NCBI GenBank assembly: GCA_964517765.1
Contig: CAZFEN010000003.1
Location: forward strand, 15,880 to 79,879
Reading direction: 5' to 3'
Source of the DNA: an uncultured Actinomycetota bacterium
GTDB taxonomy: Bacteria; Actinomycetota; Humimicrobiia; Humimicrobiales; Humimicrobiaceae
Length of the DNA: 64,000 nucleotides
Part shown: positions 31,650 through 42,032 of the stretch, in pieces
How the letters are laid out: every line of letters starts with the position of its first letter
Numbering within the stretch: position 1 is the first letter of the stretch
The notes under the pieces: generated by a model
Told to the model about the DNA's origin: nothing
The model's database searches: none
What the model saw: only the letters and a program-made list of their open reading frames with translations
Position numbers and translations under genes: made by a program

Positions 31650-34600
31650 CTATATCCTGTCCCAGTTAATTTTATCCGAAAACACTTTCTTAAGGTTTTC
31701 TTTAAGGGACTGATTTAAATCTATCCTGTATGTGGAGGGGAGTTTATATATCTTATTTGTATCTTCCCCGCTATCATCTGTTATTCTAAACTCAACTTCA
31801 TTAAATCCCGGATATTTTTTTAATATATCATAAAACCTGTTTATAAAGTCCCTGTCAAGATCATTCTTTTTTGCGGTAAAAATTATTCTGCCATTTCTAT
31901 CGCTTATTAATTCTTTTTGATCCCTGTTTACTGCCTTATCTCTATCCAGCTCTTCTATTTCATTTGCTATAATCTTCAACTGGTCTTCTTTTTTATCCAG
32001 CTTTCCCTTGATTTTTACAATCTTATCTTCTGCTATTATTCCCCTGCACTTCATAAGAACTGAGGGGAATACTATTACTTCCACACTATCGTCGATATCT
32101 TCCAGATCCAAAAAACACATCTGCTGGTCCTTCTTTGTGTATACGATCTTTACTTTGGTTATTACTCCGCCAACAGCTATATTTGTTTTGTCTTCTACAT
32201 CAATCAGGGCTTCTATTGGAGTTACCCTGGTAAGGGAGTCTTCATATTCGAATAAAGGATGACCTGAGATATAAAGACCCAGCATTTCCTTTTCAAAATT
32301 CAATAACTCTTTTTTTGAAAACTCCTCGAACTTCTCTTCGGTTTGATATACTCCGTTCAGCAGTACTTCCTTTTTTTGACCATCACCGATATCGAATAAC
32401 GAGAATTGTCCGAGATCCCTGTCCTTTCTGATCTTCAGGGTTTCTTCTGTTATTCTTTCGTAATTATCCAGAAGATGTTTACGGCTCTGGCCAAGAGAAT
32501 CGAAGGTCCCGCTTTTAATCAGGCTTTCAAGCGTTTTTTTATTTAGTACATTACTATCGACTCTTTCACAGAAATCGATGAAACTCTCAAATTTGCCGCC
32601 TTTTTCTCTTTCTTTTTCAATACATTCGATAACATTTATCCCGACATTTTTAATTGCCGAAAGTCCGAATCTTATGGAATTCTCTACTACGGTAAAATCT
32701 GTAAAACTTCCATTGATATCCGGTGGAAGTACTTCGATATCCATTCTTCTTGTCTCATTTACATACTGGGCCACTTTTTCCTGACTGCCCATCCTGATAC
32801 TGAGCAGAGCAGCCATGAATTCTACAGGATATTTTGCTTTAAGATAAGCTGTCTGATATGAAATCATGGCATATGCGGCACTATGCGATTTATTAAATCC
32901 ATATTCTGCAAAATGATTTACCAGTTCGAATATTTTCAAAGATATTTTCTCATCTATTCCCTTGTTTTTGGCGCCTTCTATAAACTTGTTTTTTTGTTTT
33001 GAAAGTAAACTTCTTTTTTTCTTGCTTATGGCTCCTCTCAGAATGTCTGCTTCCGACATGCTAAAACCGGCCAGTTCCGATGCTATACTCATAACCTGTT
33101 CCTGATACAGAATAATTCCATATGTACTTTCCAGTATTTTCTCCAGAGATGGGTGCAGATAGCTTATTTTCTTCCTGCCATTTCTGCTTTCGACAAAATC
33201 ACTCACCATACCACTTTGAAGCGGACCCGGTCTGTACAACGCCAGAAGAGCAATCAGATCTTCGAATTTAGTTGGCTTCAGATTTATTACCAGTTCACGC
33301 ATTCCCGAACTTTCCAGCTGGAACACACCGAGACATTCACCTTCGCTCAGCATTCTGAAAGTCTCTTTATCATCAGGATCTATATTATTTATATCTATAT
33401 CAATATTATTAGTTTTTTTGATTAAAAATAGGGTCTTGTCTATTAGCGACAGTGTTTTTAGCCCAAGAAAATCCATCTTAAGCAGTCCTATTTTTTGAAT
33501 ATCTTCCATCTTGTATTGAGTTACGATATCGCCCTCATTTTCTTTTTGTATCGGCGTATAGTTAAAAAGCTCTTCCGAAGATATTACAACCCCCGCGGCA
33601 TGGATTGAGTCCTGTCTGGATATACCCTCGAGGGAAATAGCCGTATCGATTACTTCTTTTATTCTCATATCGTTCTCATAAATTTCCTTTAAATCGGGAA
33701 CTATTTCCAGCGAGTTTTTGATTGTCACATTCAATTCCATGGGAACCATTTTTGCTATTCGGTCGACTTCCGCATAGGGGACCTCCATTACTCTTCCGGC
33801 ATCTCTAATCGCCTGTCTGGCAGCCATTGTTCCAAAAGTTATCAACTGGGCAACCCTTTTATCACCATATTTTTTGGTAACATATTTAATGACTTCATCT
33901 CTCTTCTCATAACAAAAATCTATATCGATATCGGGCATACTTTTACGTTCCTCATTTAAAAATCTCTCAAACAATAGTCCGTACTTTAAAGGTTCGATAT
34001 CGGTTATACCCAGGATATAAGAAACTATACTGCCTGCTGCCGATCCTCTTCCCGGCCCCACTCTTATGTTATTATTTTTGGCATAGTTGATTAGATCCCA
34101 TACTATTAGAAAATATTCTGAAAATCCCATCTTCTTTATGACTTCCAGTTCTTTTTTTATTCTTCTGTCAATTTCTGCGGTAATATCACCATATCTTTTT
34201 CCGGCGCCTTCATAACTTAGTTTTTTTAAATATTCATCAGAGCTGGATCCATCGGAAATAGCAAAGGATGGTATAAGGTTCATATCAAATTTTATATTTA
34301 CATTACACCTTTCAGCAATCTCCAGAGTGTTCTTAATGGCACCTGGAAATTGGCTAAAAAGTTCTTTCATCTGATCGCAACTCTTGAAATAATATTCATC
34401 TGTCGGAAATTTCAGACGTCCGGCTTCATTTATTGTCGAGCCCGTCTGTATACAGAGCAGGACATCATGGGCTTTGCTATCCTCTTTATCTAAATAATGT
34501 ACATCATTTGTAGCAACAAGCGGAATCTTATATTCGGAAGATAATTCAAGGAGAACCCTGTTTACTTTCTTTTGTTCCGGAATTCCTGAATCCTGCAATT

Positions 34601-35135
34601 CCAAAAAAAAATTATTTTTTCCAAAAATATCCAGGTACTGCTCCAGACTTCTTTTTGCACCTTCGATTTGATCCGAAATAATATATTTTGGAATCTCGCC
34701 AGAGATACATCCGGAAAGAGCAATCAAACCTTCTTTAAATTTACCGAGCAGTTCTTTATCAACTCTTGGTCTGTAATAAAAACCTTCCAGAAATCCCATG
34801 CTGACCAGCCTCATTAGATTGTGGTAACCCTGATTATTTTCGGCAAGTAAAGTAAGATGATAAAAGTTTCCTTCCTTTTTTTCTCTTACAGATTGTTTTT
34901 CGAATCTGCTTTTTGGCGCCAGATATACCTCACAGCCTATTATCGGTTTTATACCCATTTTTTTTGCCTGCGTGTAAAATTCAATAACACCATACATAAC
35001 ACCATGATCGGTCAATGCCAGAGCAGGCATATCGTACTGACTGGCTTTTTCGATTAATTTTGTTATTCTGCAGGCACCATCTAACAATGAGAATTCACTA
35101 TGGACATGCAAATGGACGAAATTGTCTTTTTTCAT
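31650..35135 (-). CDS. dnaE: DNA polymerase III alpha subunit
   Basis: PHP 'HLHVHSEFSLLDG', 'GRGSAAGS', 'PDIDIDF', 'KMDFLGL', OB fold; 1161 aa, no intein-sized insertion. Confidence 0.98.
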   Translation of the reverse strand: MKKDNFVHLHVHSEFSLLDGACRITKLIEKASQYDMPALALTDHGVMYGVIEFYTQAKKMGIKPIIGCEVYLAPKSRFEKQSVREKKEGNFYHLTLLAENNQGYHNLMRLVSMGFLEGFYYRPRVDKELLGKFKEGLIALSGCISGEIPKYIISDQIEGAKRSLEQYLDIFGKNNFFLELQDSGIPEQKKVNRVLLELSSEYKIPLVATNDVHYLDKEDSKAHDVLLCIQTGSTINEAGRLKFPTDEYYFKSCDQMKELFSQFPGAIKNTLEIAERCNVNIKFDMNLIPSFAISDGSSSDEYLKKLSYEGAGKRYGDITAEIDRRIKKELEVIKKMGFSEYFLIVWDLINYAKNNNIRVGPGRGSAAGSIVSYILGITDIEPLKYGLLFERFLNEERKSMPDIDIDFCYEKRDEVIKYVTKKYGDKRVAQLITFGTMAARQAIRDAGRVMEVPYAEVDRIAKMVPMELNVTIKNSLEIVPDLKEIYENDMRIKEVIDTAISLEGISRQDSIHAAGVVISSEELFNYTPIQKENEGDIVTQYKMEDIQKIGLLKMDFLGLKTLSLIDKTLFLIKKTNNIDIDINNIDPDDKETFRMLSEGECLGVFQLESSGMRELVINLKPTKFEDLIALLALYRPGPLQSGMVSDFVESRNGRKKISYLHPSLEKILESTYGIILYQEQVMSIASELAGFSMSEADILRGAISKKKRSLLSKQKNKFIEGAKNKGIDEKISLKIFELVNHFAEYGFNKSHSAAYAMISYQTAYLKAKYPVEFMAALLSIRMGSQEKVAQYVNETRRMDIEVLPPDINGSFTDFTVVENSIRFGLSAIKNVGINVIECIEKEREKGGKFESFIDFCERVDSNVLNKKTLESLIKSGTFDSLGQSRKHLLDNYERITEETLKIRKDRDLGQFSLFDIGDGQKKEVLLNGVYQTEEKFEEFSKKELLNFEKEMLGLYISGHPLFEYEDSLTRVTPIEALIDVEDKTNIAVGGVITKVKIVYTKKDQQMCFLDLEDIDDSVEVIVFPSVLMKCRGIIAEDKIVKIKGKLDKKEDQLKIIANEIEELDRDKAVNRDQKELISDRNGRIIFTAKKNDLDRDFINRFYDILKKYPGFNEVEFRITDDSGEDTNKIYKLPSTYRIDLNQSLKENLKKVFSDKINWDRI

Positions 35136-35192
35136 TCTAAAAGAATCTTATTATTTCTTTGACTTAAGGTATTGAATTGAAATTATTTAAAA

Positions 35193-36875
35193 CTAATAAA
35201 CGACTCTGTATAACTCTTCAAGGGAAGTTATTCCTTCTGCAACTTTATAAGCTCCGCTCTCCAGGAGGGTTTTCATACCCTCTTCTCTGGCAGCATCACT
35301 GATCTCATCCGTACTTTTTTTATTTAAAAGCATCTCTCTGATTCTTTTTGTCACCTCTAACATGGAATATATCCCTGTTCTTCCCAGATAGCCGCTGAAA
35401 TTACATCTTTTACATCCAACTGCTTTGAAAATCTTTTTGCCTTTTAATATATGTCTAATTTCCTCATTAAACGAAGAATCAGGTAACTCTATTTCTGTCT
35501 TACAATTATCGCATAATATTCTCACCAATCTCTGTGCTACTATGCCGATAATCGCAGATGATATCATATATGATTCCACTCCCATTTCCAGAAGCCTTGT
35601 CAGGCATGAGGGAGCATCGTTGGTATGCAAAGTAGTAAGAACCAGATGTCCGGTAATTGCCGCCTCTACTGCTATCTTTGCAGTTTCCATATCCCTTATT
35701 TCTCCTATCAGAATTATATCAGGATCACTTCGGAGCATTGCACGAAGGCCCCTTGAAAAAGTCATATCTATCTTCGGATTTACCTGAACCTGCATTATTT
35801 GTTGAAACCTGTATTCAACAGGATCTTCTATAGTAAAAATCTTTTTTTCCACACTTGAAATCTTATTCAAACTGGCATATAGAGTAGTAGTCTTTCCTGA
35901 TCCGGTAGGACCCGTTATGACGACAGCTCCATGGGGCACAGATATCATTTTTAAATATTTTGGTACTTCTTCTTCGGACATCCCCGACTTTTTGATATCA
36001 AAAACTGACTCGTCTCTATCCAGTATTCTTATGGTAATATTTTCTCCGAAAACAGTAGGTATTGAAGCCAGCCTTAAATCAATTATCCTGTTACTGTAAT
36101 TTATAGAACTTCTGCCGTCCTGCGGCAGCCTATTTTCGGTTATATCCATACCACCCATTATCTTATATCTTGAAATAAGAAGTCGCTGTACCGTTTTTGG
36201 AACATCTTTTATTTTTTGTAATACACCGTCTATTCTGAATCTTATGGTACAATTCTTTTCCTGAGGTTCAACATGCACGTCGCTTGCCCGCAGCGATATC
36301 GCCTTTAATATGATCTGATTCGCAAGCCTCACAAGGGGATTTTTTTCAACCAGGTCCTCCTCAAATTTTTTACCTATGGTAAAGTCCTCATCTTTTATTA
36401 TTTCCTGGACTTCTTTTAGACTGTAGTCATCTGAGGTATATAATCTTATAATGTCCTCGATGTTCTTTTTGGTACATATATATGGCCTTACATTATAACC
36501 GGTAAGCATCCTTATTTCACCGATGGCATTTATATCTCTGGGATCAGTCATTGCGACACACAGGTTATTATCACTTAAGTTGAATGGAAATACCTTTCTT
36601 TTGAATGCAAAATCTTTTGAAATCAGATTTGCTACTAAAGGATCGATTTTATCCTGTATTTTATCTAAATCTACAGACTCAAAACCTCCCTGTAATGATA
36701 CAAGTTCCGTTAAAGTATCATCGGAGATATACCCCTTTTTTATTAATATCTCTCCCAGTTTTTCTCCGGTATTTTTCTGAATATCCAGTGCTTCTTCCAA
36801 TTGCTCTTTGGTTATGATGTCCTTGTTTAGAAGTATCTGACCTAATTTTTCTTTTTTAGAATCTAATTCGACCAT
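35193..36875 (-). CDS. PilB/GspE-family secretion ATPase with N-terminal MshEN-like domain
   Basis: 'ASDVHVEP', 'RLPQDGR', Walker A 'GPTGSGKTTT', 'EDPVEY', 'GEIRD', 'TLHTNDA', Cys4 motif; tandem 'KLGxxL' repeats. Confidence 0.9.
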   Translation of the reverse strand: MVELDSKKEKLGQILLNKDIITKEQLEEALDIQKNTGEKLGEILIKKGYISDDTLTELVSLQGGFESVDLDKIQDKIDPLVANLISKDFAFKRKVFPFNLSDNNLCVAMTDPRDINAIGEIRMLTGYNVRPYICTKKNIEDIIRLYTSDDYSLKEVQEIIKDEDFTIGKKFEEDLVEKNPLVRLANQIILKAISLRASDVHVEPQEKNCTIRFRIDGVLQKIKDVPKTVQRLLISRYKIMGGMDITENRLPQDGRSSINYSNRIIDLRLASIPTVFGENITIRILDRDESVFDIKKSGMSEEEVPKYLKMISVPHGAVVITGPTGSGKTTTLYASLNKISSVEKKIFTIEDPVEYRFQQIMQVQVNPKIDMTFSRGLRAMLRSDPDIILIGEIRDMETAKIAVEAAITGHLVLTTLHTNDAPSCLTRLLEMGVESYMISSAIIGIVAQRLVRILCDNCKTEIELPDSSFNEEIRHILKGKKIFKAVGCKRCNFSGYLGRTGIYSMLEVTKRIREMLLNKKSTDEISDAAREEGMKTLLESGAYKVAEGITSLEELYRVVY

Positions 36876-36972
36876 AAATATCCCGAAATCTTTTATTGAT
36901 TTTTATAATTATAATATATCCTGATAAATAATACATCTGCCATAGAAAAATCCGATTACTTTGTAAAACTTT

Positions 36973-37752
36973 TTAACCGGTTTTATCTCTTTTAATTGCC
37001 CTGTTAATGATTCCAGCCGCATAACCTGCTCCGAAGCCATTATCTATATTTACTACAACGACTCCCGGACTGCAGGAATTCAACATTGTCAGAAGTGGTG
37101 ATAATCCTTTAAAACTTGAACCGTATCCTTTGCTGGTAGGGACACCTATTACCGGACAGTTTACCATCGAGCTCACAACTCCGGGCAATGCTCCTTCCAT
37201 ACCGGCAACTGCTATAATGACATTGGACTGATTTAACTCGTCTTTATAACTTGTCAGTCTGTGTATCCCCGCAACTCCTATATCATAGATCTTTACTACT
37301 TTATTTTTCATCAAATAGCTGGTTACCGAAGCTTCTTCTGCAATACTTATATCCGAAGTTCCTGCACATATAATAGTAATTCCCTCACTTAATTTATCAT
37401 CAGGGATATCAAGCGGTGTATAAATAATATTTGATCTTTCGTTAAATTCCAGATTCTTTATATCTTTTTTTAAAAGAGCGTAGGTTTCTATAGTGGTTCT
37501 GGTGACAAGAAGCACGGGTGAATATTTTAATATTTTCTTTGCTATCTCTAAAATCTGATCCGGACTCTTGCCATCGCCATAAATGACTTCTGGAAAATCC
37601 CTGCGAAGCAAGCGGTGATGGTCTATTTTTGCAAAACCTATATCTTCAAAATATAATTCTTTTACTTTTAAGATCGCATCTTCTTTGTTTATTCTTCCTT
37701 CTTTAAAACTATTAAGTAATTCTTTTACTATTTTATTTATATTGTTTTCCAT
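36973..37752 (-). CDS. larB: Nickel pincer cofactor biosynthesis protein LarB
   Basis: 'AKIDHHR..RRDFPEVIYG', 'AGTSD', 'DIGVAGIHRL', 'AGMEGAL', 'PTSKGYG', 'NIDNGFGA'. Confidence 0.92.
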   Translation of the reverse strand: MENNINKIVKELLNSFKEGRINKEDAILKVKELYFEDIGFAKIDHHRLLRRDFPEVIYGDGKSPDQILEIAKKILKYSPVLLVTRTTIETYALLKKDIKNLEFNERSNIIYTPLDIPDDKLSEGITIICAGTSDISIAEEASVTSYLMKNKVVKIYDIGVAGIHRLTSYKDELNQSNVIIAVAGMEGALPGVVSSMVNCPVIGVPTSKGYGSSFKGLSPLLTMLNSCSPGVVVVNIDNGFGAGYAAGIINRAIKRDKTG

Positions 37753-37825
37753 ATGATTAAAATATCATAAATACAAATAATTTTAAATCTTACCGCAAAT
37801 TAAATCATTGCAAACAGCTAAAAAT

Positions 37826-37864
37826 AAAAATGCACAGATGTATTTTCTCCACCTGTGCATTTTT
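37826..37864. terminator. Intrinsic terminator downstream of hppA
   Basis: aaaaatgcacag ... ctgtgcattttt inverted repeat with A/T tails on both sides. Confidence 0.75.
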
Positions 37865-37883
37865 TATTCTATTTTTAGATTAA

Positions 37884-39974
37884 TTAAAATTTTAATAAAT
37901 CAAATAATGAGCTGGCATTTTTTAATAAAGGCGCCAGAACCAGACTTACTACTGACATTAATTTTATTAAGATATTCATTGATGGACCTGAAGTATCCTT
38001 GAAGGGATCCCCTACCGTATCGCCAACAATCGCCGCTTTATGAGGTTCGCTTCCTTTACCAAAGCCTTCCAGGTTGCCTCCTTCGATATACTTTTTGGCA
38101 TTATCCCATGCTCCGCCTGAATTAGCCATCATTAGAGCCAGCATGACTCCGACAACTGTAGCACCTGCAAGAGCACCTCCTAGTCCTTCTTTTCCTAAAA
38201 GGAAACCAATTACTGCAGGGAATATAACTGCTACCGAACCCGGAACTATCATTCTGATTACTGCTGCTTTTGTTGCAATATCAATACACCTTTTTGTGTC
38301 TGGCTTTGCGGTTCCTGTCATTAATCCTTTTATTTCTCTAAATTGTCTTCTAACTTCCTCAACCATTTTAAATGCAGCGGATCCGACTGCTCTCATTGTA
38401 CTTGAAGCTATAAAGAATGGAATCAAACCTCCTAAAAATGTTCCAATTACAACCTTTGGATTAGTAAGATTGATTATATCTACTCCAGCTGCAAGACAGT
38501 AAGCTGCGTATAAAGCTAATGAAGTCAGTGCTGCGGAGCCAATTGCAAATCCCTTACCTATGGCTGCAGTTGTATTCCCGAGGGAATCAAGACTGTCGGT
38601 AATTTTTCTTGTTTCGGGTCCCAATCCGCTCATTTCACTTATACCACCGGCATTATCAGCTATCGGACCATAAGCATCGACAGCCATTGTGACTCCTATT
38701 GTTCCAAGCATACCCACGGCAGCAATTGCAATTCCATATAAACCTGCAAAATAAAAACTGACTCCTATTGCGGCGCAAATACCAACAACAGGTAAAATTA
38801 TTGATTGCATACCAGTTGCAAGACCATTTATTATAACGGTAGCCGGCCCTGTTTTAGCAGTTTCTGCTATACTTTTAATGGATTTTCCGGAAGTATAGTA
38901 TTCTGATAGTAAACCGATTATTATACCGATTATACAACCGCTGGCAGCAGCATGAGCAAATTTTATATCAATATGCAGTAATGGGCATATGAGATATGCA
39001 ATTGCCAGCATAACAGCGGCCGCAATCCATGTTGATAGTCTTAATGCTAAAGGTGGATTGAATTTCTGCAGAACTTTCATTGCTAATACCGCAAATAAAC
39101 TTCCAATCAAACCCGCTCCCGCAATAAATATAGGGAATACTGCAAAGGCAGTGGGATTCTGTGAAATAACCATTCCGGATATTGCAGCAGCAGAACCTGT
39201 GGTAACGGCCAGGGCAATAGCTGCTATAATGCTTCCCACGTAACTTTCATATAGGTCTGCGCCCATTCCTGCAACATCACCGACATTATCTCCGACATTA
39301 TCGGCTATTACAGCCGGATTTCTTGGGTCGTCTTCAGGTATACCTGCTTCTATTTTTCCAACTAAATCAGCCCCGACATCTGCTGATTTTGTGAAGATTC
39401 CGCCACCGACCCTCATGAACAGAGCGACTGAACTTGCACCCATTGCAAATCCATTCATAATCGAAAGATACAATATATTACCATCTGTTATCTTCATTAT
39501 TAGTAAGTAAAGACCTCCGAATCCTATTAATCCAACACTTGCGACTGCCAGCCCCATTACGGCGCCGCCGTTAAAAGCAATACCCAGAGCTTTGGCCATA
39601 CCTTTTTTATTAGCTGCATTTGCTGTTCTGACATTTGCTTTTGTACTTGCAGACATTCCTATAAAACCACAAATCATGGATGTCATGCCCCCCAGTGCAT
39701 ACGCTACTGCACTATAGATGCCAAAATTCGGAATATTTTTATCTTTTAAAAAGACAGCGAGTAAGATAACAATAATCACGACAAATACACCAACAAATAG
39801 CAGCTGCCGTCTCATATAGGTCATTGACCCTTCTCTGATTTGATTTGCTATCCCTATCATTTTTTCATTGCCAGGCTTTTGTCTGGATATAAAAATGTAT
39901 ATTCCGAGAATAGTCAACAGTCCTATTACTCCAAGAAGTGGTACAAAATATACAGCATCTTGAATAAAAGCCAT
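37884..39974 (-). CDS. hppA: K+-dependent membrane pyrophosphatase, probably Na+-translocating
   Basis: '[19 protein letters not shown]', 'DNVGDNVGD', 'DLYESY', '[10 protein letters not shown]' (Ala marks the K+-dependent type), '[10 protein letters not shown]'. Confidence 0.95.
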   Translation of the reverse strand: MAFIQDAVYFVPLLGVIGLLTILGIYIFISRQKPGNEKMIGIANQIREGSMTYMRRQLLFVGVFVVIIVILLAVFLKDKNIPNFGIYSAVAYALGGMTSMICGFIGMSASTKANVRTANAANKKGMAKALGIAFNGGAVMGLAVASVGLIGFGGLYLLIMKITDGNILYLSIMNGFAMGASSVALFMRVGGGIFTKSADVGADLVGKIEAGIPEDDPRNPAVIADNVGDNVGDVAGMGADLYESYVGSIIAAIALAVTTGSAAAISGMVISQNPTAFAVFPIFIAGAGLIGSLFAVLAMKVLQKFNPPLALRLSTWIAAAVMLAIAYLICPLLHIDIKFAHAAASGCIIGIIIGLLSEYYTSGKSIKSIAETAKTGPATVIINGLATGMQSIILPVVGICAAIGVSFYFAGLYGIAIAAVGMLGTIGVTMAVDAYGPIADNAGGISEMSGLGPETRKITDSLDSLGNTTAAIGKGFAIGSAALTSLALYAAYCLAAGVDIINLTNPKVVIGTFLGGLIPFFIASSTMRAVGSAAFKMVEEVRRQFREIKGLMTGTAKPDTKRCIDIATKAAVIRMIVPGSVAVIFPAVIGFLLGKEGLGGALAGATVVGVMLALMMANSGGAWDNAKKYIEGGNLEGFGKGSEPHKAAIVGDTVGDPFKDTSGPSMNILIKLMSVVSLVLAPLLKNASSLFDLLKF

Positions 39975-40280
39975 AAAAAATCCTCCCTTTTTATGTATCT
40001 TGACTTTATATAAAAATGAAATTATTTGATGAGCTTAAATTCCTGAAACATCTGCATTATTTTATTAAAAATAAAATTAATAAGCAATTAAAATTTATGT
40101 CTGAATTCTATTAATATAGAATAATTTCCTGTTATAAAAACTATGATTTAATGTCCTGTTTATGATTGTATTAATACTCATAAGAATTATTATAATAAAT
40201 TTTCACAAAATAATTGTAAAGCACCCCGCTATCACATATAATTACCCCTATTTATAAAACTTGCATTACTACAGGGTGGA

Positions 40281-41543
40281 ATGTCTAAGTTCCTTATTAA
40301 AGAACTTGGTGAGTATAAGCCGAATTCTTTTAACAGCCTGAATTTAAATAAATTAAAAGAATTCGTAATCGTTCCTTATTTTATAGACTGGTACAGAAGC
40401 AGGCAGTCAAATAAAATAAATCCGTTATTTATTCAGGAAATAGAATCTCTTAATCCAACACTTTTCAGGATACCCGGAGTTATTGGCAGAAATCCGTTTT
40501 TTGATCATACGCAAATCAAGTTTTTTATTGCATACAGCGAAGGCAAACCAACAGGAAGAGTAATATCTTTTATTGATTATAACTATAATGAAAAACATAA
40601 CGATATTTTTGGCTGGTTCGGACTATTTGAATCCATTGAAAATAAAGATCTGGCATTAGCATTACTCGATAAAGCAGTGGATTATTTAAAGAAAAATGGA
40701 TGTAAAAGAATAATAGGTCCTGCAAAATTTAATGCAGGAGGCGAAATAGGGTTACTTATAAACGGATTTGAAAATAAACCTTATTTTTTAGAACCATATA
40801 ATGCTCCTTATTATAAGGATATCTTTGAAGACTATGGACTGGTTAAGGAAAATGATTGGTATAGCGTGATCACTGATAGTGTTGTTTCAAGAGACTATAT
40901 GAACAGGATTGAAAGGGTTCTGATTAAGATTTCCAATAAATATCGGAAGACACTCAATGAGATAAAAATCAGAAACGTAAATTTTCAAGATTACAGAAAT
41001 GAAATAAAAAAAATAAAAGAACTCTATAATATTATCTGGAATAGCGCAAACCATCCCCAGCAGGTCAGGATGACCGATGCAGAGTTTAATTTGCAGGCAA
41101 TGAATATAAAAGCAATATCTATCGAAGATTTAACCTTCATTATAGAGAAAGACGGAATACCTATAGGAATCTCGGTAAATTTTCCTGATATAAATGAAGT
41201 CATAGAATATTTTGACAGCCAATGGCCTTATACACCTTCGGAACGTTTTTTTAATTTAAGAGATATGAAAAGAGATATTAAAATTTTCAATTTAATTCAG
41301 AAGAAACTTAAGACCGGCGGATTTACAAGATTAAGAATTCTACTGCTGGGGATAAAAAAAGAGTTCAGGAAAGCAGGTATCGAGTCTAAGATATTTTCCA
41401 GGATAAATAAGGATGCATCTAAATTGGGGTTTAAATACGCTTCGGGTTCACAACTGGCTGATATAAATCTGGATATAATAAATCCTATTTTTAGATTGGG
41501 AAAAGTCGCTTTTACCTGGAGAGTTTATGGTCTTGATATTTAA
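40281..41543 (+). CDS. Tandem GNAT-fold protein (YghO-like); function unknown
   Basis: 'GWFGLFESIE', 'IIGPAKFN...GLLINGFENKPYFLEPYNAPYY', second acetyl-CoA-type segment 'LGIKKEFRKAGIE'. Confidence 0.6.
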   Translation: MSKFLIKELGEYKPNSFNSLNLNKLKEFVIVPYFIDWYRSRQSNKINPLFIQEIESLNPTLFRIPGVIGRNPFFDHTQIKFFIAYSEGKPTGRVISFIDYNYNEKHNDIFGWFGLFESIENKDLALALLDKAVDYLKKNGCKRIIGPAKFNAGGEIGLLINGFENKPYFLEPYNAPYYKDIFEDYGLVKENDWYSVITDSVVSRDYMNRIERVLIKISNKYRKTLNEIKIRNVNFQDYRNEIKKIKELYNIIWNSANHPQQVRMTDAEFNLQAMNIKAISIEDLTFIIEKDGIPIGISVNFPDINEVIEYFDSQWPYTPSERFFNLRDMKRDIKIFNLIQKKLKTGGFTRLRILLLGIKKEFRKAGIESKIFSRINKDASKLGFKYASGSQLADINLDIINPIFRLGKVAFTWRVYGLDI

Positions 41544-41556
41544 GAAATCTCTTTGA

Positions 41557-41973
41557 CTATTCTCCAATGACCTGTATAAAAACTTCACGTGAACGGGGTC
41601 TGTTATCATGATCGATGACTATTATCTGCTGCCAGGTACCTAGAACAGGTATGCCGTCTGACAGCGGCACACAGATACCCGGACCCATAAATGTTGCTCT
41701 CAGGTGTGAAAATCCATTATCATCACCCCATGTCTGTGAGTGCCGGGTATGCTTGCTTGCCGGAATAAATTCTTCCAGCTGCTGACGCATATCTTCAATC
41801 AGAGCCGGCTCATATTCTTGAGTTGAAACCGAAGCAGTTGAACCAATGATAAAAACATTTACCAATCCGTTTTTTATACCCGACTGCGAAACAATGTCTT
41901 CTACCTCTCTGGTAATATCTTTAATATCCGAAAATCCTTTTGTTGATAGAGTGATTTTTTTACCATATACCAT
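41557..41973 (-). CDS. yjbQ: YjbQ/UPF0047 family protein
   Basis: 'GSTAS', 'HSQTWGDDNGFSHLRA', 'LGTWQQI..DHDNRPRSR'. Confidence 0.9.
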   Translation of the reverse strand: MVYGKKITLSTKGFSDIKDITREVEDIVSQSGIKNGLVNVFIIGSTASVSTQEYEPALIEDMRQQLEEFIPASKHTRHSQTWGDDNGFSHLRATFMGPGICVPLSDGIPVLGTWQQIIVIDHDNRPRSREVFIQVIGE

Positions 41974-42032
41974 AGGTTTGCCTCCCCGCTTTTAGCTGTA
42001 TGATTTATTTTGATAAGTCTGTTGGATAATTC

